Of a DNA stretch of 64,000 nucleotides, positions 56,623 to 64,000 are shown in pieces. The position numbers and the translations under genes were made by a program. This DNA is from an uncultured Bordetella sp. (GTDB lineage: Bacteria; Pseudomonadota; Gammaproteobacteria; Burkholderiales; SG8-41): NCBI GenBank assembly GCA_964433345.1, contig CAYSQJ010000001.1, positions 100,499 to 164,498 on the forward strand. Reading direction: 5' to 3'. Under the pieces are notes generated by a model. The model worked only from the letters and a program-made list of their open reading frames with translations. It did no database searches and was not told the DNA's origin. The first letter of the stretch is position 1. Each line of letters opens with the position of its first letter.

Positions 56623-57519
56623 ATGAAACGGCTGCTGATCATCGGCTGCGGCGACGTCGGTCTGCGAGTGGCGCTTTTGCTGGGCCGGCGCCATCGCATT
56701 CATGCGCTGACTCACAGCATGGAACGTGTCGCCGAACTGCGCCGCCACGGGGTCATGCCGTTGCTCGGCGACCTGGACCGCCCGGATACGCTGGACGGAA
56801 TCGCCGGCCTTGGCCAGGATGTCATCCATCTTGCGCCGCCGCCGCCGCGAGGCCGCAGCGACACGCGTACCGCGCACCTCATTGCAGCTCTCGCGAGGGG
56901 CGGCAGTCTACCACAGCACTTTGTCTATATCAGCACCAGCGGCGTCTATGGCGATTGCGGCGGCGCATTGATCGACGAAACAAGCCCGCTCAAGCCGCAG
57001 ACCGATCGTGCCCATCGCCGTGCCGATGCCGAACGGCGGCTGCGCGAATGGGGGGCGCGCAGCGGCGTCCGTGTCAGCATTCTGCGCGTACCCGGCATCT
57101 ACGCGGCTGATCGCCTGCCGGTGGCGCGCATCGAGCGAGGCACGCCGGCGCTGCAACCGCAGGACGACTCGTACGTGAATCATGTGCATGCCGACGATCT
57201 CGCGCGCATGATCGTTGCCGCGCTGCACCGTGGCCAGGCCAACCGCAGCTACAACGCCAGTGACGATGCGCCGCAGAAGATGGGCGATTATTTCGACCTC
57301 GTCGCCGACCGTTTCCGACTGCCCCGGCCGCCGCGGGTCACCCGCGCCGAGGCGCGATCGACAATCCCGGAAAACCTTTATTCCTTCATGAGCGAGTCCC
57401 GGCGTCTCGCCAATGCACGCATCAAACAGGAGCTCCGGGTGCGGCTGCGCTATCCGACCGTGCACGAGGGCGTTGCCGCGGCCTGGGTCGCGGCACAGGG
57501 GCCCGTCCATGGCGGCTGA
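56623..57519 (+). CDS. NAD-dependent epimerase/dehydratase (SDR) family protein
   Basis: MKRLLIIGCGDVGLRV Rossmann N-terminus. Confidence 0.75.
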   Translation: MKRLLIIGCGDVGLRVALLLGRRHRIHALTHSMERVAELRRHGVMPLLGDLDRPDTLDGIAGLGQDVIHLAPPPPRGRSDTRTAHLIAALARGGSLPQHFVYISTSGVYGDCGGALIDETSPLKPQTDRAHRRADAERRLREWGARSGVRVSILRVPGIYAADRLPVARIERGTPALQPQDDSYVNHVHADDLARMIVAALHRGQANRSYNASDDAPQKMGDYFDLVADRFRLPRPPRVTRAEARSTIPENLYSFMSESRRLANARIKQELRVRLRYPTVHEGVAAAWVAAQGPVHGG

Positions 57520-57859
57520 TCCTGGTGCCGTGCTGCTGGTTTTTGCCACTTTGCCCGATGTTGCGGCAGCACGCGGGCTGGCGCGGACACTGGTCGAGGC
57601 GCGGCTGGCGGCCTGTGTCAGCACGCTCGCGCCTTGCAACTCGGTGTACCGCTGGCAGGGAAAGGTGGAGGAGTCCACGGAAGTGCCGGTGATGATCAAG
57701 ACCACGGCTGCGCGGTATGCCGATCTCGAGAAGGCGATCCGCGACGCACATCCCTACGAACTTCCGGAAATCGTCGCGGTCCCAGTGCAGCACGGCCTGC
57801 CCGCTTACCTCGAATGGGTGGCCGCCGAAACGGCTTCTTCCTCCCGACCCTCCCCATGA
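57509..57859 (+). CDS. cutA: Divalent-cation tolerance protein CutA
   Basis: LVFATLPD...ARLAACVS...SVYRWQGKVEES.E..MIKT...HPYE.PEI. Confidence 0.88.
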   Translation: MAADPGAVLLVFATLPDVAAARGLARTLVEARLAACVSTLAPCNSVYRWQGKVEESTEVPVMIKTTAARYADLEKAIRDAHPYELPEIVAVPVQHGLPAYLEWVAAETASSSRPSP

Positions 57860-59649
57860 TCCTGCGCTGGCTGATCCTGCTGATGGTTCTTGCTGCCGGC
57901 TTTGCGCGGGCGGCTGAACCCGATCTGCTCGATCCCGAGCAGGCTTTTGCATTCAGTGCGCGCGTCGTAGCGCCCGATGCCGTCGAAGTGCGCTACGTGA
58001 TCGCCAAGGGGTACTACCTGTACCGCGACAAGTTCCGCTTTGCATTCGAACCTGCTGCGGCCGGGGCGGGCCCGGCGGAGCTGCCGCCCGGTCTGGTCCA
58101 CAAGGACGAATTCTTTGGCGAAACCCGGATCTTCCGCGATGAGGTCCGTATCCGCCTGCCTGTCCAGGCTGGCAGCGTGCAGCGCGCGGTACTCACTGCC
58201 GTTTCCCAGGGTTGCGCCGATGTCGGCGTATGTTACGTCCCGGTCGAGCAGAAGACCGAATTGCGACTCGCCGGAGCGACGACCGGCGGCGACACGGCAG
58301 CCTCACGCCTGTTTGGCGCATCGTCGTCCCCGGCGCCGACCGCACAGGGTGAGGACGGCGCGATCGCGGCCCTGTTCCATGGTGAAACCTGGCTGCTGAT
58401 TCTCAGTTTCTTCGGTTTCGGTCTGTTGCTGTCGTTTACGCCCTGCGTACTGCCCATGGTCCCGATACTCTCCGGCATCATCGTCGGTCAGGGCCACAAG
58501 GTTACCCGCAGCCACGGCCTGTTGCTGTCCTGCAGCTATGTGCTGGGCATGGCAATCACCTATGCCCTGGCCGGTGTCGCCGCCGGCCTTTCGGGGGCGA
58601 TGCTGGCTGCCGCCTTGCAGAATCCCTGGGTGCTCGGCGCTTTTGCCGCGGTGTTCGTCGCGCTGGCGCTGTCGATGTTCGGCTTTTACGAACTGCAGCT
58701 GCCCTCGGCCTTGCAGTCGAGGCTGGTGGTCGCCAGCGGCAGGCTTCACGGCGGCCATTATGCGGGCGTGTTCGCGATGGGGGTGCTGTCCGCGCTGATC
58801 GTCGGGCCCTGCGTTGCAGCACCGCTGGCCGGGGCGCTGCTGTACATCTCGCAAAGCGGTGACGCCGCTCTTGGCGGCCTCGCGTTGTTCGCAATGGCCC
58901 TCGGCATGGGCGTGCCGCTGCTGGTGGTCGGTGCATCGGCCGGTGCGCTGCTGCCCAGGTCCGGCCCCTGGATGGAGACGGTGAAGCGTTTCTTCGGCGT
59001 GATGCTGATCGCCGTGGCCATATACCTGGTATCGCCGGTAATACCGGTGGTCGTGCAGATGCTGGCCTGGGCCGCACTGCTGATACTCACGGCGGTTTAC
59101 CTGCATGCGCTGGATCCGCTGCCCGCGAACGCCCGCGGCTTTGCGCGTTTCAGCAAGGGCGTCGGGGTCATCGCACTGCTTGCCGGGGCCGCGTTCCTGG
59201 TGGGCGCCCTGTCGGGCGGACGCGACGTGCTGTTGCCGTTGTCCGGATTGCGCGGCGCCGCGGCCGGCGGCGCACCCTCGGGTCAAGTGTCGTTCCAGCG
59301 GGTGTCCAGCAGCACCGAACTCGACGCCGCGATCCGCGCGGCGGAGGGCAAGACCGTGATGCTCGACTTCTATGCCGACTGGTGCGTTACCTGCAAGGAG
59401 ATGGAACGCTACACCTTCAGCGATCCCGCGGTACAGGCCCGGCTCGCCAATATGGTCAAGGTCCAGGCCGACGTCACTGCGGGCACAGCGGAACACCGCG
59501 CGCTGCTGCAGCGTTTTCGCCTGTTTGGCCCGCCCGGAATCGTGTTTTTTGATCCGGCCGGTCGCGAAATCCAGGGCCTGCGCGTGATCGGCTTCCAGGC
59601 CGCCGACCGATTTGCCGCGGTGCTCGACCAGGCGCTGGGCGTCCGGTGA
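57856..59649 (+). CDS. dsbD: Thiol:disulfide interchange protein DsbD
   Basis: N-terminal periplasmic domain, a central multi-TM domain with FTPCVLPM, and a C-terminal thioredoxin domain (WCVTCK). ATGA overlap with cutA. Confidence 0.92.
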   Translation: MILRWLILLMVLAAGFARAAEPDLLDPEQAFAFSARVVAPDAVEVRYVIAKGYYLYRDKFRFAFEPAAAGAGPAELPPGLVHKDEFFGETRIFRDEVRIRLPVQAGSVQRAVLTAVSQGCADVGVCYVPVEQKTELRLAGATTGGDTAASRLFGASSSPAPTAQGEDGAIAALFHGETWLLILSFFGFGLLLSFTPCVLPMVPILSGIIVGQGHKVTRSHGLLLSCSYVLGMAITYALAGVAAGLSGAMLAAALQNPWVLGAFAAVFVALALSMFGFYELQLPSALQSRLVVASGRLHGGHYAGVFAMGVLSALIVGPCVAAPLAGALLYISQSGDAALGGLALFAMALGMGVPLLVVGASAGALLPRSGPWMETVKRFFGVMLIAVAIYLVSPVIPVVVQMLAWAALLILTAVYLHALDPLPANARGFARFSKGVGVIALLAGAAFLVGALSGGRDVLLPLSGLRGAAAGGAPSGQVSFQRVSSSTELDAAIRAAEGKTVMLDFYADWCVTCKEMERYTFSDPAVQARLANMVKVQADVTAGTAEHRALLQRFRLFGPPGIVFFDPAGREIQGLRVIGFQAADRFAAVLDQALGVR

Positions 59650-60194
59650 GGCCGCTGCGCAGGGTCCTGCTGACCGCTGCCGTCGGCGGTCTAGCCGCGG
59701 CGGCCGGCTACGGCGTCCATCTCTGGCGTATAGGTGGCATCGCGGCAAGCCCCGCGGATGACGCGGCACGTGCAATTCTCGAGAGCCGGCTGACCACACT
59801 CGATGGTGCGGCCACGACGCTAGAGGGTTTTCGTGGCCGTATCCTGGTCGTCAACTACTGGGCCACCTGGTGCGCGCCCTGCCGCGAGGAAATCCCGGTG
59901 TTCATCCGCCTGCAGCAGGAATTTTCGAGCAACGGGGTTCAATTTATAGGCATCGCCGTCGATCAGGCGGATAAAGTTCTCGATTTTTCGCGGGAGTTCA
60001 GCATCAATTATCCGCTGTTCATTGGCGGCATCGATGCCGTGGAACTGTCGCGCAAGGCAGGTAACCGTGCCGGCGTGTTGCCTTACACCCTGGTGCTGGA
60101 CCGATCCGGTGTGATTCGAGCGAACCTGGTCGGTGAGTTGACAGAAGCCCGCATGAGAGGTGAACTGCAAGCCCTGTTGTCCCGCGCAGGGTGA
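59646..60194 (+). CDS. TlpA/ResA-type periplasmic thiol:disulfide oxidoreductase
   Basis: WATWCAPC active site and an N-terminal anchor. GTGA overlap with dsbD. Confidence 0.85.
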   Translation: MRPLRRVLLTAAVGGLAAAAGYGVHLWRIGGIAASPADDAARAILESRLTTLDGAATTLEGFRGRILVVNYWATWCAPCREEIPVFIRLQQEFSSNGVQFIGIAVDQADKVLDFSREFSINYPLFIGGIDAVELSRKAGNRAGVLPYTLVLDRSGVIRANLVGELTEARMRGELQALLSRAG

Positions 60195-60547
60195 ACCGGC
60201 ATCAGAAGCATTCAACCGGCTCGGCTTGATGCCAATTTGGGCTATCATGCGCCCATATCAAGGCATTAATAGGCCAATTTCAGTTAACTTTTGCCCTGCC
60301 CACTTGGATGAAAGAGATCGTCAGGCGACGCCACTGGACGCGAAATGGCTTTCCTCGGCACCACACTGCATAATGTGCAAACAGGGCAAGGAAAGAGTCC
60401 TAACGTCTGTTAATTTATGCTTTATTGTGGACTTTTGTTGTTAATTCAGGGCAAAATCCGCCATCTCTTTTCAGGCAAGCCGTGCGATTGATGCTGACCC
60501 GGGTGCAAAGGGTCGTCACGCCTTGGCCAGTATAATCCACGAACATC

Positions 60548-61000
60548 ATGTCCAATCCCAAACGTCTGCTGTTGCTGAACGGCCCCAACCTGAATCTGCT
60601 GGGTACTCGCGAACCCGGGATCTACGGTGCGACCACGCTGGCCGAAATCGAATCCCGGTTGCAGGGCAAGGCACATTCGGCAAAAGCCACGCTGAACTGC
60701 TTTCAGAGCAATTCGGAAGCGGAACTGGTCGAGCGGGTACAGCAGGCCGGCCGTGAAGGAGTGGAATTCATCCTGATCAATCCCGCTGCCTACACCCACA
60801 CCAGTGTCGCCCTGCGTGATGCGCTGGCTGCGGTGGCAATCCCGTTTGTGGAGATCCACCTGTCCAATGTTTTTGCCCGGGAGCCGTTTCGCCGGGAATC
60901 CTATTTTTCCGATATTGCCGTCGGCGTCATCAGCGGCCTCGGGCCGGCCGGTTATGAACTGGCGCTCGATTACGCGCTGCGCCACACCAAAAAGGGCTGA
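60548..61000 (+). CDS. aroQ: Type II 3-dehydroquinate dehydratase
   Basis: [19 protein letters not shown]...[15 protein letters not shown]. Confidence 0.95.
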   Translation: MSNPKRLLLLNGPNLNLLGTREPGIYGATTLAEIESRLQGKAHSAKATLNCFQSNSEAELVERVQQAGREGVEFILINPAAYTHTSVALRDALAAVAIPFVEIHLSNVFAREPFRRESYFSDIAVGVISGLGPAGYELALDYALRHTKKG

Positions 61001-61003
61001 TTC

Positions 61004-61462
61004 ATGGATTTGCGCAAGTTGAAAACGCTGATCGACCTTGTACAGCAGTCCGGCATTGCCGAACTGGAAATCACCGAAGGCGAGGAGAAGGTGCGCATCA
61101 GCCGCTTCGGCGCCGCCGGCGCGCAGACTGTGGCGCCGCAGAACGTGGTGGTTCCGCTGGCTGCCGCACCCGCGGCAGCAGAGCCGGCAACGCCTGCTGC
61201 CGGTGCCGAAGCCGAAGCTCCGCCGGAAGCCGATGCGCTGAAATCCCCGATGGTCGGTACTTTCTACCGCTCGTCCGCCCCGGGTGCGAAGCCCTTCGTC
61301 GAAGTCGGACAGGCCGTGAAAGCCGGCGAGACGGTGTGCATCATCGAGGCCATGAAGCTGCTCAACGAAATAGAAGCGGACCGCGATGGCGTGATCAAGG
61401 CCATCCTGGTGGAGAACGGGCAGCCGGTCGAATACGGCCAGCCGCTGCTCCTGATCGATTGA
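61004..61462 (+). CDS. accB: Biotin carboxyl carrier protein of acetyl-CoA carboxylase
   Basis: Ala/Pro-rich linker and the biotinylation motif IEAMKL. Confidence 0.95.
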   Translation: MDLRKLKTLIDLVQQSGIAELEITEGEEKVRISRFGAAGAQTVAPQNVVVPLAAAPAAAEPATPAAGAEAEAPPEADALKSPMVGTFYRSSAPGAKPFVEVGQAVKAGETVCIIEAMKLLNEIEADRDGVIKAILVENGQPVEYGQPLLLID

Positions 61463-61534
61463 GCAACACTGCTTTTCCGGACGGCCCCCCTGTTCCGCAC
61501 AGCCCCTGAGAAGCACATCTGAAAAAAATCGCCC

Positions 61535-62890
61535 ATGTTTGAAAAAATCCTCATCGCCAATCGCGGAGAAATTGCCCTGCGCATCCAGCGCGCCTGCCGC
61601 GAAATGGGCATCAAGACGGTGGTCGTGCACTCCGAGGCCGATGCCGAGGCCAAGTATGTCCGGCTCGCCGACGAGTCGGTCTGCATCGGCCCCGCGCCTT
61701 CCGCAGCGAGTTACCTCAACGTGCCGGCGATCATCGCCGCAGCGGAGGTCACCGATGCCGAGGCGATCCATCCGGGATACGGCTTTCTCTCCGAAAACGC
61801 GGACTTTGCCGAGCGCGTGGAGCAGAGCGGTTTCACCTTCATCGGCCCGCGCGCGGAAACCATCCGCCTGATGGGCGACAAGGTCAGCGCCAAGAACACG
61901 ATGAAGAAGGCGGGCGTACCGGTGGTGCCGGGCATGGACGGCGCACTGCCCGAGGATCCCAAGGAAATCGTCAAGATTGCGCGTCAGATCGGCTACCCGG
62001 TGATCATCAAGGCGGCGGGCGGCGGTGGCGGCCGCGGCATGCGGGTGGTGCACACCGAGGCCGCACTGAAGAACGCCGTGGCCACCACGCGTGCGGAGGC
62101 GCAGGCCGCTTTCAGCAATCCGTCGGTGTACATGGAGAAATACCTGGAAAAGCCGCGGCACATCGAGATCCAGGTGCTCGCCGACAAGCACCGCAATGCC
62201 TACTATTTCGGCGACCGCGACTGCTCGATGCAGCGCCGTCACCAGAAAATCATCGAGGAGGCGCCGGCGCCCCTGTTGACCGAGCGCGCCCGCGTCCGCA
62301 TCGGTGAGCGCTGTGCCGAAGCCTGTCGCAAGATCGGCTATGAGGGGGCCGGCACCTTCGAATTCCTGTACGAGGGCGGAGAGTTCTATTTCATCGAAAT
62401 GAACACGCGGCTGCAGGTCGAACACCCGGTTACCGAGTTCGTTACCGGCCACGACCTGGTGCAGTTGCAGATCCGCGTTGCCGCCGGCGAGAAGCTCACG
62501 CTGCGCCAGAAGGACATCGTGCTCAGGGGCCATGCGGTCGAGTGCCGCATCAATGCCGAGGACCCCTACAAGTTCACGCCCTCGCCCGGCCGCATCACCT
62601 CCTTGCACATGCCGGGCGGGCCGGGAGTGCGTGTCGATTCGCACGCCTACAACGGCTATTTCGTTCCGCCCAACTACGATTCCCTGCTCGGCAAGATCAT
62701 CACCTATGGCAATACCCGCGAGCAGGCGATCGCGCGCATGCACATCGCGCTGTCGGAGACGGTTATCGAGGGCATCAGCACCAACCTGCCGCTGCACCGC
62801 GAATTGATGGGCGATGCCGCATTCCGCCGCGGCGGCACCAGCATCCATTATCTGGAAGAGCGGCTGGCAAAGCTGACCCGCGCCGAATAG
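61535..62890 (+). CDS. accC: Biotin carboxylase
   Basis: [17 protein letters not shown]...; ATP-grasp motifs throughout. Confidence 0.97.
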   Translation: MFEKILIANRGEIALRIQRACREMGIKTVVVHSEADAEAKYVRLADESVCIGPAPSAASYLNVPAIIAAAEVTDAEAIHPGYGFLSENADFAERVEQSGFTFIGPRAETIRLMGDKVSAKNTMKKAGVPVVPGMDGALPEDPKEIVKIARQIGYPVIIKAAGGGGGRGMRVVHTEAALKNAVATTRAEAQAAFSNPSVYMEKYLEKPRHIEIQVLADKHRNAYYFGDRDCSMQRRHQKIIEEAPAPLLTERARVRIGERCAEACRKIGYEGAGTFEFLYEGGEFYFIEMNTRLQVEHPVTEFVTGHDLVQLQIRVAAGEKLTLRQKDIVLRGHAVECRINAEDPYKFTPSPGRITSLHMPGGPGVRVDSHAYNGYFVPPNYDSLLGKIITYGNTREQAIARMHIALSETVIEGISTNLPLHRELMGDAAFRRGGTSIHYLEERLAKLTRAE

Positions 62891-62930
62891 GGCGCGGCAG
62901 GGCGCCGGCACATCAACCCCGGACGGCACC

Positions 62931-63821
62931 ATGGCCTGGCTGTGCGCGATCATGCATGTTGAGGAGGCCTCGGTCGAGGCGCTGTCGGATGCCCTGCTCG
63001 ATGCGGGCGCGCTGGCGGTCGATGTGCAGGACGCTGCGGCGGGCACCGAAGCAGAGCGCCCGATATTTGCCGAGCCTGGCGAAGCGCCGGCGGAAGCCTG
63101 GCTGGCGAACCGCGTCAGCGCGCTGTTTCCGCTGGAGGCCGAACTGCAGCTGGCGGTGCCACAGGCGCTGGCCGCAGCCGGCGTCGCGGCAAGCACCACT
63201 TTCCGTGTCGAGCGCGTTGAGGACGAAGACTGGGTGCGCCTGACCCAGAGCCAGTTCCAGCCGCTGCAGATTACGGACCGCCTGTGGGTGGTGCCGAGCT
63301 GGCACCAGCCGCCCGATCCGGAGGCGATCAACATCGTGCTTGATCCCGGCGTCGCTTTCGGCACCGGAGCCCATCCGACTACCCGGCTGTGCCTGCGCTG
63401 GCTTGCCGAGACCGTGACGCCGGGTGTCGACGTGCTCGACTATGGCTGCGGCTCCGGCATCCTCGCCATCGCCGCGATGAAGCTCGGTGCGGGCAGCGCC
63501 CGCGGTATCGACATCGATCCCCAGGCGCTGGATGCGGCGCGCGACAATGCGCGGCGCAACGGCGTTGATATCGCATTCGCCACGACCGAGTCGGCTGCGG
63601 TGGCGCCGGCAAGCATCGTAGTGGCCAACATTCTCGCCAACCCGCTGACCGTGCTCGCGCCGCTGCTGGCGCAGCTGACCGGCCCGGGCGGACGCATTGC
63701 GCTGGCGGGCATCCTTGCCGACCAGTGGCAGAAGGTGCACGACGCTTATGCCGCGGATTTCGACATGCGACCGGCGGCGACCGACGACGGCTGGGTTTTG
63801 CTGACCGGCGTACGCAGGTAG
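62931..63821 (+). CDS. prmA: Ribosomal protein L11 methyltransferase
   Basis: GTGAHPTTRLCL...DYGCGSGILAIAA. Confidence 0.92.
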   Translation: MAWLCAIMHVEEASVEALSDALLDAGALAVDVQDAAAGTEAERPIFAEPGEAPAEAWLANRVSALFPLEAELQLAVPQALAAAGVAASTTFRVERVEDEDWVRLTQSQFQPLQITDRLWVVPSWHQPPDPEAINIVLDPGVAFGTGAHPTTRLCLRWLAETVTPGVDVLDYGCGSGILAIAAMKLGAGSARGIDIDPQALDAARDNARRNGVDIAFATTESAAVAPASIVVANILANPLTVLAPLLAQLTGPGGRIALAGILADQWQKVHDAYAADFDMRPAATDDGWVLLTGVRR

Positions 63822-63830
63822 AGTGATGCC

Positions 63831-64000
63831 ATGCCGTTGATGACCCGCTGCCAGCACTGCCGGACGGTGTTCCGCGTGACACCGGAACAGCTGCGCGCGC
63901 AGGGCGGACAGGTACGCTGCGGCCGCTGCCTGCAGGTATTCAATGCCCTGCAAGCCCTGGTTCCGGATGCTCCGGCGACCACTGATGCCGAAAAGCCTGC
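63831..64000 (+). CDS. MJ0042-type zinc-ribbon protein, N-terminal fragment (runs off the window)
   Basis: MPLMTRCQHCRTVFRVTPEQLRAQGGQVRCGRCLQVFNAL has two CxxC pairs. The ORF is open to the window end and is not in the track. Confidence 0.65.
   Translation, partial: MPLMTRCQHCRTVFRVTPEQLRAQGGQVRCGRCLQVFNALQALVPDAPATTDAEKP

Noticed and set aside
60247-60444. 66-aa Cys-rich ORF (MRPYQGINRPISVNFCPAHLDERD...HCIMCKQGKERV...DFCC) in the AT-rich spacer
   Set aside because: It has no ribosome-binding site and no recognisable family. The region is better explained by RNA-level complementarities. It is not excluded, but it is unsupported.
60446-63364. 972-aa minus-strand ORF opposite aroQ-accB-accC-prmA
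   Set aside because: It is antisense to four unmistakable housekeeping genes and is a high-GC shadow frame. The same reasoning applies to 11960-13579 (antisense to groEL), 38032-39810, 44788-46464, 21475-23193, 29774-31762 and similar long antisense entries in the track.

Overview
This is a 64-kb stretch of a high-GC proteobacterial chromosome. Gene content and synteny suggest a Betaproteobacterium, possibly Rhodocyclales- or Burkholderiales-like, but that is inference only. The supporting features are three Bug/TctC-type receptors, family-III CoA-transferases, argH / algZ-algR-like / hemCDXY, hemA-prfA-prmC-grxD, cutA-dsbD-tlpA, aroQ-accB-accC-prmA and a CIRCE-controlled groESL. I call about 60 protein genes and one tRNA-Phe. 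I recognise no rRNA, CRISPR array, transposase or integrase. Most of the window is housekeeping. Six things stand out. (1) A ~4.8-kb segment (about 5.9-10.5 kb), visibly less GC-rich, sits at the 5' end of bioA and is bracketed by a duplicated bioA start/promoter fragment. It carries a hairpin-rich ~300-nt non-coding leader and a tight four-gene operon: a protein of 31 uninterrupted hexapeptide (beta-helix-type) repeats behind an orphan N-terminal domain, a GNAT-like protein, carboxynorspermidine decarboxylase, and carboxynorspermidine synthase/dehydrogenase. (2) A 20-bp AT-rich element (TTGATTTTATTGAWATTTTT) occurs five times, four copies at and one about 40 nt from a start codon, and in different frames and strands. 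(3) A ten-gene minus-strand cluster (22-33 kb) combines three orphan Bug receptors, two CoA-transferases, a double-hotdog hydratase, a CitE-like lyase and an intradiol-dioxygenase homologue with an apparent Tyr-to-His iron-ligand swap. Next to it lie an orphan prpB, a 2-hydroxyacid dehydrogenase and a rubredoxin gene missing from the ORF track. (4) xsc (sulfoacetaldehyde acetyltransferase) lies near tauE and a YdiJ-like FAD/Fe-S oxidoreductase, with a LacI-type regulator and a perfect 16-bp palindrome nearby. (5) A structured module plus terminator is duplicated downstream of groEL, with a compensatory stem change between copies. (6) bioA is translationally coupled to a cpYpsA/SLOG protein and a beta-CASP metallo-nuclease. 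All family assignments rest on reading the translated ORFs against remembered family hallmarks. No database search was run.
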